A stretch of 64,000 nt of DNA from Candidatus Omnitrophota bacterium (GTDB taxonomy: Bacteria; Omnitrophota; Gorgyraeia; Zapsychrales; Fredricksoniimonadaceae): NCBI GenBank assembly GCA_015233335.1, contig JADFXX010000002.1:64891-128890 (forward strand), read 5' to 3'. Shown one piece after another: positions 38,014-47,955 of this stretch. A program made the position numbers and the translations under genes. Position 1 is the stretch's first letter. The number at the start of each line of letters is the position of its first letter. The notes under the pieces were generated by a model. That model was not told the origin of the DNA. It saw only the letters and a list, made by a program, of their open reading frames with translations, and ran no database searches.

Positions 38014-38654
38014 GAAGAGCCCCTCCCCTGCAACAGTTCTGCTGACTCACCGATCGTTTGCTCAAAAGCCGATACTATATCGTTTATCCGGCTGGCTGTA
38101 AAACTGTAGATGGCATAGCCAATGATCCCTACTGAAAGGCCCGCCGAAGTTGTTAATAAAGCCTGCCAAATGCCCGAAGACATATCCCCCAGGCTCAAAG
38201 GATTGAGAGCATTGGAACGCATCAATACCGCATGAAATACCACACATAAAGCATTGCTCGTACCCAACAATCCCAGTAACACAGCCGCATTGGGAATAAA
38301 AGCCAATAAGTTCAAACGTCTCTTCAAAGCGTGGATCTCAAAGCCGGCAGCCTGTTCCATAGAGACTTTGATGAGATCTGCAGTAGCTCCATATTTCATA
38401 AGCCCCGCCTTACAAATACGGCCCAGAGCATCAGAATTTTCTTCACAGGCAATCAGAGCATCTTTCATGCGATTTTCCTGTATGGCTTTAAAAAAAACCG
38501 GTTTTAATTTTTTCATATTCTGTTCAACCGCACTAAACAACATCAACTTTTCAATACCTACCGCAATCGTTGCTACCGACAGTAAAAGTATCGGCCACAT
38601 CATGGGACCGCCCTTAAGCAATATCCCCCAAGCATTAATAAAAGAAATGGTCAT
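38010..38654 (-). CDS. exbB: MotA/TolQ/ExbB proton channel protein
   Basis: About 214 aa. Three TM helices and the LLGLLGT motif. The ATG at 38654 forms an ATGA overlap with the TPR gene stop; the track ORF extends to 38672. Confidence 0.85.
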   Translation of the reverse strand: MTISFINAWGILLKGGPMMWPILLLSVATIAVGIEKLMLFSAVEQNMKKLKPVFFKAIQENRMKDALIACEENSDALGRICKAGLMKYGATADLIKVSMEQAAGFEIHALKRRLNLLAFIPNAAVLLGLLGTSNALCVVFHAVLMRSNALNPLSLGDMSSGIWQALLTTSAGLSVGIIGYAIYSFTASRINDIVSAFEQTIGESAELLQGRGSS

Positions 38655-41101
38655 AATTTCCTCATCTTCCAAGCGTTGTTTTTAATCCAGTCCAGCCTTT
38701 CCTGCGCATAAGCGGCCTCTGGTGTTTTTAACTGGATGATTTTTTGGTAAGTGACCTTAGAACCCTGCCAGTCTTGACCTTCCTCATAAATTTTGGCCAC
38801 ACGCAAATAAGCTTTAACCGCCCATACTTGTTCGTTGGTATACAAAACGGGTATTTTCAAATATTCCGCTATGGCATCCTCTGTACGGCTCATCAACTCT
38901 AAGGTATCAGCCAGATTAAACTGCAGCTGGGCACGATTGACGGAACCCTTAGTCATCGAAAGAGCTCTTTGATAAACATCCATTTCTTTCTCATAGTTCT
39001 GCGCATTACGGTAAAGCTGCCCCAGCTTTAAATAAGCCTCACCGGCATATTCAGGACTTGTCTTAATGATGCTCTCATAGGCCGCAATGGCCATATGGGG
39101 ATCCAATTCCTTCGATAAAACCCCGGCGATGGCCAGCCTTGTTTTTGCTGTAAGATGTTCATCTTTGGATGAAATCGCTTTATACTCCTCAAGGGCTTTT
39201 TCCAAAAGCCCCTGGATCTCATAAGCCTGACCTAATTCATAATGGATCTGGTCAATCTGCGGAGAATCGGGGAATTCTTCAATAATAGATCTATAAAAAT
39301 CGGTAGCGGCATCCACATCAGCATTTTTCAAATAAAATTGGGCCAGCCACAATAGAGCCTCAAGCGCCACATCGGTTTTAGGATATTTGTACACAACCAG
39401 CTTGAAGCGCTTAACCGCCTCTTTATACTGCCCGAGTTGGGACTGACACTTGGCGATCCCGATGTCGGCATTTTGGGCAATTTTGGTTTCATTCGGATAA
39501 AGCCTGAGGATCTTTTGAAAGACCTTGAGGGCCTCTTCCGGCTCCTTAAGATTTAAACGAGATAAAGCTAGGATATAGCTAGCCTCAGGCGTAAACTCGC
39601 TTGGATGTGTCAATTTTTTAAGAAAACGATCCATAGTCAAAGCACTCTGCTTCCAATCATTTTTCTTAAAACTGATGATCCCCCTATAGTAATCCATGTC
39701 CTGCAAATACTGACTATCGGGAAAATCAGTCTCCAAGTCCTTAAAGTTTCTGAGGCTGGCATCAATTTTACCAAGCTTGAGAAAAACAATGGCCTGACGA
39801 TATAGGACATAGTCCATCATGCCGTTATTAGAAAAATCTTTTTCCACTTTTTGATACAACTGTGCGGCGTTTGACCAATCACCGCTTTCCTGATAAACAT
39901 CTGCCATTTGAATAAGGGCGCTCACACGAATATCCGCCTGCGTACTCTTATCATAAACTTCCTGAAAATGGCTGACGGATTCCTGCAAGTGGCCCATCTT
40001 AAGCTCACACCATCCCATGCCAAAGCGCACCTTTTGAAAAATTTCTGGATCTGTTTGATTTAATAAATGACGGTAATCCCCCAGAGCTTCATCATATCGT
40101 CTTAATAGATAATAAACATTCGCCCGTCCTAAATAGCCCTGCACCCAGTGCCCGTTTTGCGGATAACTTTTAATAAAATCCGAAAAAAGAGTTAACGCAT
40201 TAGCATAAAAACCACGTTCAAAAGCAAGATTGGCACGGGCCAGGACCACCTCCTGGAGGGATAACCCGCGAGTTTTACAAAACTCTTCCGCTGTTTTTAA
40301 TATATCGCCTGATTCATCAAAACTTTTTAACTTAATGTAACTCCACCCTTCCCCCATATAAGCCGAAAGTTTTAAAGCATCCTCACAGGAAGAATCCAGG
40401 ATTTTTTGATAAAAGCTGACTGCTGAATCGAATTGTTCCAAATAATAAAGACTTTCCGCGGAGTAAAAATTAATTTCACATAAATGGGAAGATTTTGGAA
40501 AACGATCTGCTAAAAGTTTAAAATCTGATAAAGCTTCCTTCAAATGACCGGAATTATAATCACATTCGGCAATCTTTAAAGCCGCGTCTTCACTAAATTG
40601 ATTGGACGGAAACTGCTCCGTCAAACGGGAAAAAACGGCTTTCGCTTCAGTGAATCTCTTCTCTTCAAAAAAAGACCATCCTAAAGAATAATAGGCTTGA
40701 GGCACAAAAGAAGAATCCGGAAAATCATGGATCACGGCATTATAATCATTTTGGGCTTCTCTGAGGCGGTTCTGCTTTAAGTAGGTCTCTGCCCGCCAAA
40801 AAAGGACTTCATCCTTTTTATCCGGCTTTTGGCTTAACTCTTCAAACAAGTCCAAGGCTTGAGGATATAGTCCACGCAGAAAATCACACTGACCCAGCAA
40901 TAATTTGGCTGTATCAAGCTTAAGGCTTTGGGGATAATTTTGTAAAAATTCCTCAAGATAACGCGAGGCCACATCGCTAAAGCCGTCATTAAAAGCCTGC
41001 TCGGCCGCAGACAAAAGCTCCGTTTCCGTAGTCTGAGCAAACGCAATGTGACAAGAACATATTAAAACAACCAACAAAAAAACTCTGGCAAATGGCTTCA
41101 T
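38651..41101 (-). CDS. Large secreted tetratricopeptide-repeat protein
   Basis: 816 aa. Signal peptide ending AFA|Q, then TPR-like A..Y..G..Y...g.Y..A...F repeats along the whole length, in the style of YbgF/CpoB. Confidence 0.8.
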   Translation of the reverse strand: MKPFARVFLLVVLICSCHIAFAQTTETELLSAAEQAFNDGFSDVASRYLEEFLQNYPQSLKLDTAKLLLGQCDFLRGLYPQALDLFEELSQKPDKKDEVLFWRAETYLKQNRLREAQNDYNAVIHDFPDSSFVPQAYYSLGWSFFEEKRFTEAKAVFSRLTEQFPSNQFSEDAALKIAECDYNSGHLKEALSDFKLLADRFPKSSHLCEINFYSAESLYYLEQFDSAVSFYQKILDSSCEDALKLSAYMGEGWSYIKLKSFDESGDILKTAEEFCKTRGLSLQEVVLARANLAFERGFYANALTLFSDFIKSYPQNGHWVQGYLGRANVYYLLRRYDEALGDYRHLLNQTDPEIFQKVRFGMGWCELKMGHLQESVSHFQEVYDKSTQADIRVSALIQMADVYQESGDWSNAAQLYQKVEKDFSNNGMMDYVLYRQAIVFLKLGKIDASLRNFKDLETDFPDSQYLQDMDYYRGIISFKKNDWKQSALTMDRFLKKLTHPSEFTPEASYILALSRLNLKEPEEALKVFQKILRLYPNETKIAQNADIGIAKCQSQLGQYKEAVKRFKLVVYKYPKTDVALEALLWLAQFYLKNADVDAATDFYRSIIEEFPDSPQIDQIHYELGQAYEIQGLLEKALEEYKAISSKDEHLTAKTRLAIAGVLSKELDPHMAIAAYESIIKTSPEYAGEAYLKLGQLYRNAQNYEKEMDVYQRALSMTKGSVNRAQLQFNLADTLELMSRTEDAIAEYLKIPVLYTNEQVWAVKAYLRVAKIYEEGQDWQGSKVTYQKIIQLKTPEAAYAQERLDWIKNNAWKMRKL

Positions 41102-41138
41102 AACTTCCTTTACTGTTAATTAAAAAGAATCTTGAAAT

Positions 41139-41167
41139 ATTATACCAAGGTTATCTGACTTTGTTTA
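41139..41167 (-). promoter_or_regulatory. Candidate extended -10 promoter for the TPR-exbBD operon
   Basis: The minus strand reads cTAAACAaagtcagataaccTTGgTATAATatttc (TGnTATAAT, 17-nt spacer). The -35 falls in the last codons of uvrA. AAAGGAAG SD precedes the ATG at 41101. Confidence 0.45.
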
Positions 41168-43976
41168 AGAAATGTTTCAGGTATTGACCGGTGTACGAGG
41201 TGGGATGACGCACCAGGTCCTGAGGCGATCCTGCAAAAACAACCTCTCCTCCTTTGTCACCTCCGTCGGGCCCAAGATCAATGATATAATCCGCAGTCTT
41301 GACCACATCCAAATTGTGCTCGATAACGAGCACCGTATTACCTCTGTCGACCAAACGCTGCAGGACTCCCAATAGTTTATCCACATCGGCAAAATGCAAG
41401 CCGGTTGTAGGTTCATCCAAAATATAAAAAGTACGCCCCGTGGCCGCTTTGCACAATTCACTGGCCAATTTGACCCTCTGCGCTTCACCGCCGGACAAGG
41501 TCGTGGCCGCCTGTCCCAGACGAATATATCCTAAACCCACGTCATTTAAAGTTCGCAATATATTCTGGACTCTTGGGATATTTTCAAATATTTCAAGGGC
41601 TTGAGACACTGACAGGTTGAGCACATCCGCAATGTTCTTGCCTTTAAATTGCACCTCCAAGGTCTGGTCCGTAAAACGCCGCCCGTGGCATATGGCGCAC
41701 TCAACATAGACATCCGGCAAAAAATGCATTTCAATTTTCTTGATCCCATCCCCTCCACAGGATTCGCAACGCCCGCCTTTAACGTTAAAACTGAAACGCC
41801 CCGGCTTATATCCCCGTATTTTGGATTCAGGCAACAGTGCGAATAGATCGCGAATGGGGGCAAAAACACCCGTATAGGTGGCCGGATTAGAGCGCGGCGT
41901 ACGGCCAATAGGTGATTGGTCTACCACAATGACTTTATCAATATGCTGTATGCCTTCGATTTTCTTATACCTGCCCGGTTTCTCCCTGCTGCCATAAATT
42001 TTATGAACCAAGGCTTTATATAAAATGTCCGTAACAAGGGTCGATTTACCCGAACCCGAAACACCCGTCACACAAATAAATGCCCCTAAGGGAAGGCTGA
42101 TGTTAATATCTTTTAAATTATGCTCTGCGGCACCGATGATTTTCAGAAAATCAGTTGCAATAATGTCTCTGTGTTTATCCGGACGTTTGATTTGATACTC
42201 TCCCGTGAGATACCGTCCGGTCAAAGAATCCGGACATTGGGTCAACCCCTTGACTCCTCCGGCATAAATCACACGTCCGCCCTGCTCGCCGGCGCCGGGA
42301 CCTAGATCGATCACATAATCTGCTCTTCGAATGGTATCTTCATCATGCTCAACAACGATCAGGGTATTGCCTAGATCTCGCAGCGCATGAAGGGTAGATA
42401 AAAGACGGTCATTGTCCTTTTGATGAAGTCCGATGCTGGGTTCGTCTAATACATAAATAACACCCACCAACCCGGAACCGACCTGAGTCGCCAGGCGTAT
42501 GCGTTCTGCCTCACCGCCGGAAAGGCTGCTGCTGCGTCTGTCTAACTGCAAGTACTCAAGGCCCACATTAATACAAAAATCCAACCGGCGGTTAATCTCT
42601 TTGATAATCTCTTCACTGATGATTTTCTTATCTTGAGGAAGCTTTAGCTGACTGAAAAATTGTTTGGCCTCTTTGATAGAAAACGCTGTCAGCTGGGTAA
42701 TATCCCGATCGGCGACTTTGACTGCTAGTGATTCCTTTTTAAGACGCCGTCCCTGACATTCAGGACAAGGGGACTCATACATAAAGGAAGCGATCTCTTC
42801 TTTAAGCCAATCGCTGTCCGTTTCCCTAAATAATCGCTGCAGATATTTGACCACCCCTTCAAAAGTCCTTCCCCAAATTTCAACCTCCGAGCCATAAAAA
42901 ACCATATGTTTGAATTTCTTATCGAGGTCTTTAAACGGCTTATGCGGGTCTATCCTATACATGCGGGCGATTTCCCTCAATACGGCTCGGTAATACATCA
43001 TGTACCCACGCTGGCCGCGCTTCCAGGGAGCGATGGCGGATATCCACGGCTTAGCATCGTCCGGCACCAAAGCCTGCGGATCAATTTCCATCTTGGTCCC
43101 CAGCCCATTGCAATCGGAACAGGCGCCATATGGCAAATTAAAAGAAAAAATACGCGGCTCAATCTCACTTAAAGAAATGCCGCAGTCCCCACAGGCATAT
43201 TTTTCACTGAAGATCTGCTGAGGTTTTACATTATTAAAATCAAGAATCATCCCCCCTTCGCCTGTCTTTAATGCTGTTTCAACAGAGTCGGACAAACGCT
43301 TACGCAGCCCCTCGCGGATAGTCAGACGGTCAACCACCACTTCAATGTGGTGGATTTTATATTTATCGAGTTTAAAAGAATCCCCCGTTTCATAGATTTT
43401 CCCGTCAATACGCATACGGGCGAAACCGGACTGAGCGACCTGCTTTCCAATATTACGATACTCGCCTTTACGTCCGCGTACCAAAGGACTTAAAATATTA
43501 ATTTGAGTCCCCAGGGGTAGCTCTAAAACAATATCTACGATCTGCTGAGCACTTTGCATTTCAATTTTCTTGCCACAGGAGGGACAATGGGGAGTTCCGA
43601 CACGTGCAAACAAAAGACGCAAATAATCATAAATTTCTGTCTGGGTTGCAACGGTAGAGCGCGGATTGCGGCTGACTGTTTTTTGTTCGATTGAAATCGT
43701 CGGGGAAAGCCCTTCGATATGGTCCACCGCCGGCTTTTGCAGCTGATCTAAAAACTGGCGGGCATAGGCCGAAAGACTTTCCACGTAACGACGCTGGCCT
43801 TCGGCATAAATGGTATCAAAAGCCAAAGACGACTTGCCGCATCCGCTGACACCTGTGATCACCACAAATTGATTGCGGGGAATGATCAAATCAATGTTTT
43901 TAAGATTATGTTCACGGGCCCCGCGGATCATGATAGAGCTCATCGGGGACACCCCTTGATCTTCATCTATTTTCAT
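41151..43976 (-). CDS. uvrA: Excinuclease ABC subunit A
   Basis: 941 aa. IRGAREHNLKNI, two ABC modules (GVSGCGKSS, GVSGSGKST, LSGGEAQR) and zinc-finger cysteines. An alternative ATG start lies at 43943. Confidence 0.96.
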   Translation of the reverse strand: MKIDEDQGVSPMSSIMIRGAREHNLKNIDLIIPRNQFVVITGVSGCGKSSLAFDTIYAEGQRRYVESLSAYARQFLDQLQKPAVDHIEGLSPTISIEQKTVSRNPRSTVATQTEIYDYLRLLFARVGTPHCPSCGKKIEMQSAQQIVDIVLELPLGTQINILSPLVRGRKGEYRNIGKQVAQSGFARMRIDGKIYETGDSFKLDKYKIHHIEVVVDRLTIREGLRKRLSDSVETALKTGEGGMILDFNNVKPQQIFSEKYACGDCGISLSEIEPRIFSFNLPYGACSDCNGLGTKMEIDPQALVPDDAKPWISAIAPWKRGQRGYMMYYRAVLREIARMYRIDPHKPFKDLDKKFKHMVFYGSEVEIWGRTFEGVVKYLQRLFRETDSDWLKEEIASFMYESPCPECQGRRLKKESLAVKVADRDITQLTAFSIKEAKQFFSQLKLPQDKKIISEEIIKEINRRLDFCINVGLEYLQLDRRSSSLSGGEAERIRLATQVGSGLVGVIYVLDEPSIGLHQKDNDRLLSTLHALRDLGNTLIVVEHDEDTIRRADYVIDLGPGAGEQGGRVIYAGGVKGLTQCPDSLTGRYLTGEYQIKRPDKHRDIIATDFLKIIGAAEHNLKDINISLPLGAFICVTGVSGSGKSTLVTDILYKALVHKIYGSREKPGRYKKIEGIQHIDKVIVVDQSPIGRTPRSNPATYTGVFAPIRDLFALLPESKIRGYKPGRFSFNVKGGRCESCGGDGIKKIEMHFLPDVYVECAICHGRRFTDQTLEVQFKGKNIADVLNLSVSQALEIFENIPRVQNILRTLNDVGLGYIRLGQAATTLSGGEAQRVKLASELCKAATGRTFYILDEPTTGLHFADVDKLLGVLQRLVDRGNTVLVIEHNLDVVKTADYIIDLGPDGGDKGGEVVFAGSPQDLVRHPTSYTGQYLKHFLNKVR

Positions 43977-43993
43977 AAAAATTGTCCAAACCT

Positions 43994-45586
43994 TTACTTA
44001 ATACTGGCATTGCTTTTTTGAAGCATCCATTTATGCCAGCACTTAATGACGCCCCATTTAACCAGAAGATAACCGAATTGCCCCATCAAGCCCGGAAAAT
44101 ATGAAAACTCTAAGAATCTTAAATGATTAAATCCTCTTTTAAATAAATAAATAGATCTGACAATAAATAATATCCCCGGAAATTCATGCTGCTTTTCTCC
44201 ATATGGTTTGGCGTGCTTTAGAAAAAAATCAAAAATAGCTCTTGGCGGTTTAAATATGTCCATTATAAAAACCGCAATATTCGCCAAGGAAGGTTTAACC
44301 AGTGTATAATTTTTATCATTTATGGCGGGATGGCTGATATTCATCTGCTTAAAATTTCTTTCCAGCTCGGTGTTAGGCATGACTCTTAAGGAAAAAATAT
44401 TTAAAGTAAAAGGGCGAGGCATATGGTAAATAAATTCTAACGTATCTATAACATCTTGCCGCGTTTCAATAGGATTATCCAGAATAATATCGTAAGTCGG
44501 CGGAATCATATAGGGAACGAATTCATTGATAGTCACAATCGCCTGTCTTGTCATTTCTGCTGTTGCAGGACGCTTGTAAAATTTGAGGATTCGATCGCTT
44601 CCGCTTTGAATACCCATCTTTATACGGTACATGCCGGCTTTGACTAGCAATTTTAACTTTTCTTTTTTAACTAAACTCGGCAAAGCCCCGACAACACTAA
44701 AACTTATATTAATCTCTTTTTTCCATTTTTCCGAAAATTCTTCTAAAACGGACATAGGAAGACCAATAAAACTGTCATCGTGAAATGTCACTGAAGAAAT
44801 AAAGGGGTATTTCCTTTGCACCTCTTTGATCTCACTAATTATACGATTGACTGATGTATAACGGACTTTTCGATAGTTTCCGTCATTATCAATAAACTTT
44901 GAATTACTGCAATACGCACAATTATACGGGCATCCGATAGACCAGACCGTATGGTAAGAAACACCGTTCAATTTTAGATATTCACGAGCATCCAATAGGA
45001 CAAAACCAATATTTCTTTTATAAATAAATTCGAAATCACCAGCATGGACCGGCAACGGTAACTGATCCATATCTTCTTGGGTCTGAAGGGAAGAAAAATC
45101 ATTCTTAATAATCCTTCCCTCCTGATTAAACCAAAAATTCTTTGTCCTGGTATAATCAGCCTCCTGTTGATATAAGCTGAAAAACTCTTTAAATGCCAGC
45201 TCTCCTTCCCCTACACAAATAGCATCCACATAATTAATAGCATCATCGGGATTAACAATAGGATGGATCCCGCCCCAAACTAAATACACATAAGGATTGA
45301 TTGCTTTAATTCTGTTAACGATCACTTTCGTTAAATCGGCATATGGAGTCATTGAAGAAAAACAAACCAAATCAGCTGTTGCCAAATGACGAGAAATGCG
45401 GTCTAAGTCATCTTGCGCGATATCTGAAGTACATCGACCTAGTAATAAAGATGCGATCGACATATGGTTTGTCGGAACAATATAATAGACTCCGGTGTCT
45501 GGATGAATAGACCGGGCCAAGGAGCACATTTTCCTAAAACCACAAGCTATAATGCCTCCATCAATTGACACAAAATTCATTTTCAT
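43994..45586 (-). CDS. B12-binding-domain radical SAM enzyme (class B type), function unknown
   Basis: 530 aa. N-terminal Rossmann-like B12-binding-type domain ending CVGEGE. Radical SAM cluster motif GCPYNCAYC. Confidence 0.78.
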   Translation of the reverse strand: MKMNFVSIDGGIIACGFRKMCSLARSIHPDTGVYYIVPTNHMSIASLLLGRCTSDIAQDDLDRISRHLATADLVCFSSMTPYADLTKVIVNRIKAINPYVYLVWGGIHPIVNPDDAINYVDAICVGEGELAFKEFFSLYQQEADYTRTKNFWFNQEGRIIKNDFSSLQTQEDMDQLPLPVHAGDFEFIYKRNIGFVLLDAREYLKLNGVSYHTVWSIGCPYNCAYCSNSKFIDNDGNYRKVRYTSVNRIISEIKEVQRKYPFISSVTFHDDSFIGLPMSVLEEFSEKWKKEINISFSVVGALPSLVKKEKLKLLVKAGMYRIKMGIQSGSDRILKFYKRPATAEMTRQAIVTINEFVPYMIPPTYDIILDNPIETRQDVIDTLEFIYHMPRPFTLNIFSLRVMPNTELERNFKQMNISHPAINDKNYTLVKPSLANIAVFIMDIFKPPRAIFDFFLKHAKPYGEKQHEFPGILFIVRSIYLFKRGFNHLRFLEFSYFPGLMGQFGYLLVKWGVIKCWHKWMLQKSNASIK

Positions 45587-45597
45587 AAAATCGATTG

Positions 45598-47046
45598 TTA
45601 CCCGATATCCTGATAGTTCGCTTTATCAATGTAAAAAACTTTCTTCAACAAACTAAAAAAACCAACAACACTGATTCCAAAGGGAAAGACCCTCCAGTTG
45701 CAGTAGTTACGCACACAAAAACCCATCAAATCAAACAAAATATTGGGCTTTTGATAAATCCAATGACGGGTAATCAAACGGCGCATCCAAGGGAACAAAT
45801 TAGCGATCGGTGCTAATATAAGTATGTTTCTATGGATCTGACGCTCGCGATCGGTCACCGTGTTAAGAACAGAACCTGCCTGCATGCTAACAGGGATTGT
45901 TTTTAACATCGTATCGGATAGGTTCATATAACCCTTTTGGCTAACATAATCCCCCAGCGAAGTGCCAGCAAAAGGAGTAAAAACAGTAAACCCCGAATAA
46001 GCCGGCCGACAATCCAAAGTAAATTCCAGTGACTCAAGATCATCTTGAAGTGTCGTTTCCGGTAAGGCAAGAATAGTGTTACTAAAGACCCGAATATCAA
46101 GTTCATGAAAAATTTTAAAAGCCTTTTTAATAGACTGGTCCGACACTGGACGCTCAAGTACCCGTCTACGGATCGTTTCATCTCCTGATTCGATACCCAT
46201 CATCACTGAATAACAGCCGGCTGTCTTTAACGCCTTAATAAGTTTTTCCTCCACAAGGTTAGGATTAATAAGACAATAAAACGGGACCCCAATCCGTGAA
46301 CGATATTTTTCTACGAACTCTTCGACCCAAGCATCATATTTAATCACAAAAGTATCATCACCAAAACGCATGAAATCCGGACGGTATTGGGCCTTGACCC
46401 GGCCTAACTCTGTCACAAGATTCTCAACAGAACGCCGGCGAAGGATATCCCCCTTACCTTTATGCATGAGATTAAAAGCGCTGTTAAAACAATAAGAACA
46501 GCTATAGGGGCATCCGCGTGTGGCAAAAAAAGTTTTCATTGGAATATAGTTAAACGGTTCTTTATGCGCGACTAATTCCCGGTCCGCAAACGGCAGAGAA
46601 TCTAGATCGGCGACCAAATCACCTTGTGGATTTTTAAATTCCTTAGTATGTACATTCATAAGCATCCGAACACTCTTCCTTTGTATCAATCCCTCCAACA
46701 AAGGCACAATAATCATATCTCCCTCACCCACGACCACGGCATCTAAGGCCCATGTATCGACAATTTGCGGATAATAGGTTGGGTGAGGACCTCCCGCTAT
46801 AATGACTGTATATGGAAAAAGTTGGCGGGCTTTTTCCACAAATAATCTAAATCTTTCTGCTTCTGTCGTCATAAAAGAGCAGGCAATGACCTGGGGGCCA
46901 TACGTCTTAATCATATCTATGGTCTTGCCCTCTTGGAGGGCACAAATATCGGTTTCATGGCCATGAGCTTTCAATATTGCGGAAAGCTGCATAGCCCCCA
47001 TCGGCTCGATAATTGAAAATAGATCTGTAACGAAAATAACGCGCAT
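45598..47046 (-). CDS. B12-binding-domain radical SAM enzyme (class B type), function unknown
   Basis: 482 aa. N-terminal domain ending VVVGEGD. Radical SAM motif GCPYSCSYC. Paralogous architecture to the downstream gene. Confidence 0.78.
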   Translation of the reverse strand: MRVIFVTDLFSIIEPMGAMQLSAILKAHGHETDICALQEGKTIDMIKTYGPQVIACSFMTTEAERFRLFVEKARQLFPYTVIIAGGPHPTYYPQIVDTWALDAVVVGEGDMIIVPLLEGLIQRKSVRMLMNVHTKEFKNPQGDLVADLDSLPFADRELVAHKEPFNYIPMKTFFATRGCPYSCSYCFNSAFNLMHKGKGDILRRRSVENLVTELGRVKAQYRPDFMRFGDDTFVIKYDAWVEEFVEKYRSRIGVPFYCLINPNLVEEKLIKALKTAGCYSVMMGIESGDETIRRRVLERPVSDQSIKKAFKIFHELDIRVFSNTILALPETTLQDDLESLEFTLDCRPAYSGFTVFTPFAGTSLGDYVSQKGYMNLSDTMLKTIPVSMQAGSVLNTVTDRERQIHRNILILAPIANLFPWMRRLITRHWIYQKPNILFDLMGFCVRNYCNWRVFPFGISVVGFFSLLKKVFYIDKANYQDIG

Positions 47047-47103
47047 ATTGACACTATGGGTTGATTATCATGGATGTCCTACAGGGACAGTGATTGGCCA
47101 ACA

Positions 47104-47955
47104 TCAGGGATCAATTTTGACCTTATGCCATTGATCCCCCACTTTACGCATAGCCCAAAAACCACAGTAGCTGGAAATATCCGTCCCAAAAAACTCCGAG
47201 ACCGCCAGACACACGCCCGGATGATAAGTCTGCTTCGTCTTTGGGTCGACCACCATATTGACTTCTTTGTGTTCTTCGGCATAGTCCCTGTCGATATTTA
47301 CAAGTGAGCCATCAAAATCATCACCGGCTATGATGCCACCTTCGCCTATAAGCTTTGCGGCATTATATAAATCTTTTTTTATTCCTGAGTAACTGTGGTC
47401 CCCATCAATATAAACCATATTAAAAATTCCCCTCCTCAATAAAGGCAACACACGTTCACTGTATCCCTTGAGAGGACAAATCACATCTGAATGATGGGAT
47501 GTCTGAATGTTATGTAAGAATAGCTTGAAAACACTGCCCCTTTTTAAAGCCTTGTTCATAATAATCGTTGCTGAATTTACTTTTTCCTGCTGTTCATCAA
47601 TGTAGGGTTCCCATGGATCAACACATAAAACCATCCCTTTTTTCCCGGCGAATTTGATAGTATCCGCCCATAGCACCGCAGAATCACCTGCCCAGGACCC
47701 AATTTCTAGTAAATAAAAATATTCCTTGTCCTTAATCTCCTTTTGGAGAAGCCGTCTCATATACGGCTTTCTTTCTTCCCATGTTTGACCAGCCAATGCC
47801 ACGGTTCCAAAATAAGGCTTTTGGCTCATTAAGCAATATATGTACCGGACACGATCTAATTCAGAGACTATTTCTGCCAACCAAGGCGATCTGACGACCC
47901 AAGCAAACAGCCCAGGAAAATTCTTTTTAAAAAAAACAACAGTTTTCTTATCCAT
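47104..47955 (-). CDS. Class I SAM-dependent methyltransferase (Methyltransf_24/CmcI-like)
   Basis: 283 aa. LLEIGSWAGDSAVLWA (motif I) and VYIDGDHSYSGIKKDL are typical of this O-/C-methyltransferase group. Confidence 0.65.
   Translation of the reverse strand: MDKKTVVFFKKNFPGLFAWVVRSPWLAEIVSELDRVRYIYCLMSQKPYFGTVALAGQTWEERKPYMRRLLQKEIKDKEYFYLLEIGSWAGDSAVLWADTIKFAGKKGMVLCVDPWEPYIDEQQEKVNSATIIMNKALKRGSVFKLFLHNIQTSHHSDVICPLKGYSERVLPLLRRGIFNMVYIDGDHSYSGIKKDLYNAAKLIGEGGIIAGDDFDGSLVNIDRDYAEEHKEVNMVVDPKTKQTYHPGVCLAVSEFFGTDISSYCGFWAMRKVGDQWHKVKIDP

Noticed and set aside
25879-41167. The pilus/ExbBD region as a tRNA-Ala-associated genomic island
   Set aside because: There is no integrase, no transposase and no visible direct repeat of the tRNA 3' end at the far boundary. 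The genes are co-oriented and packed like the surrounding core genes.
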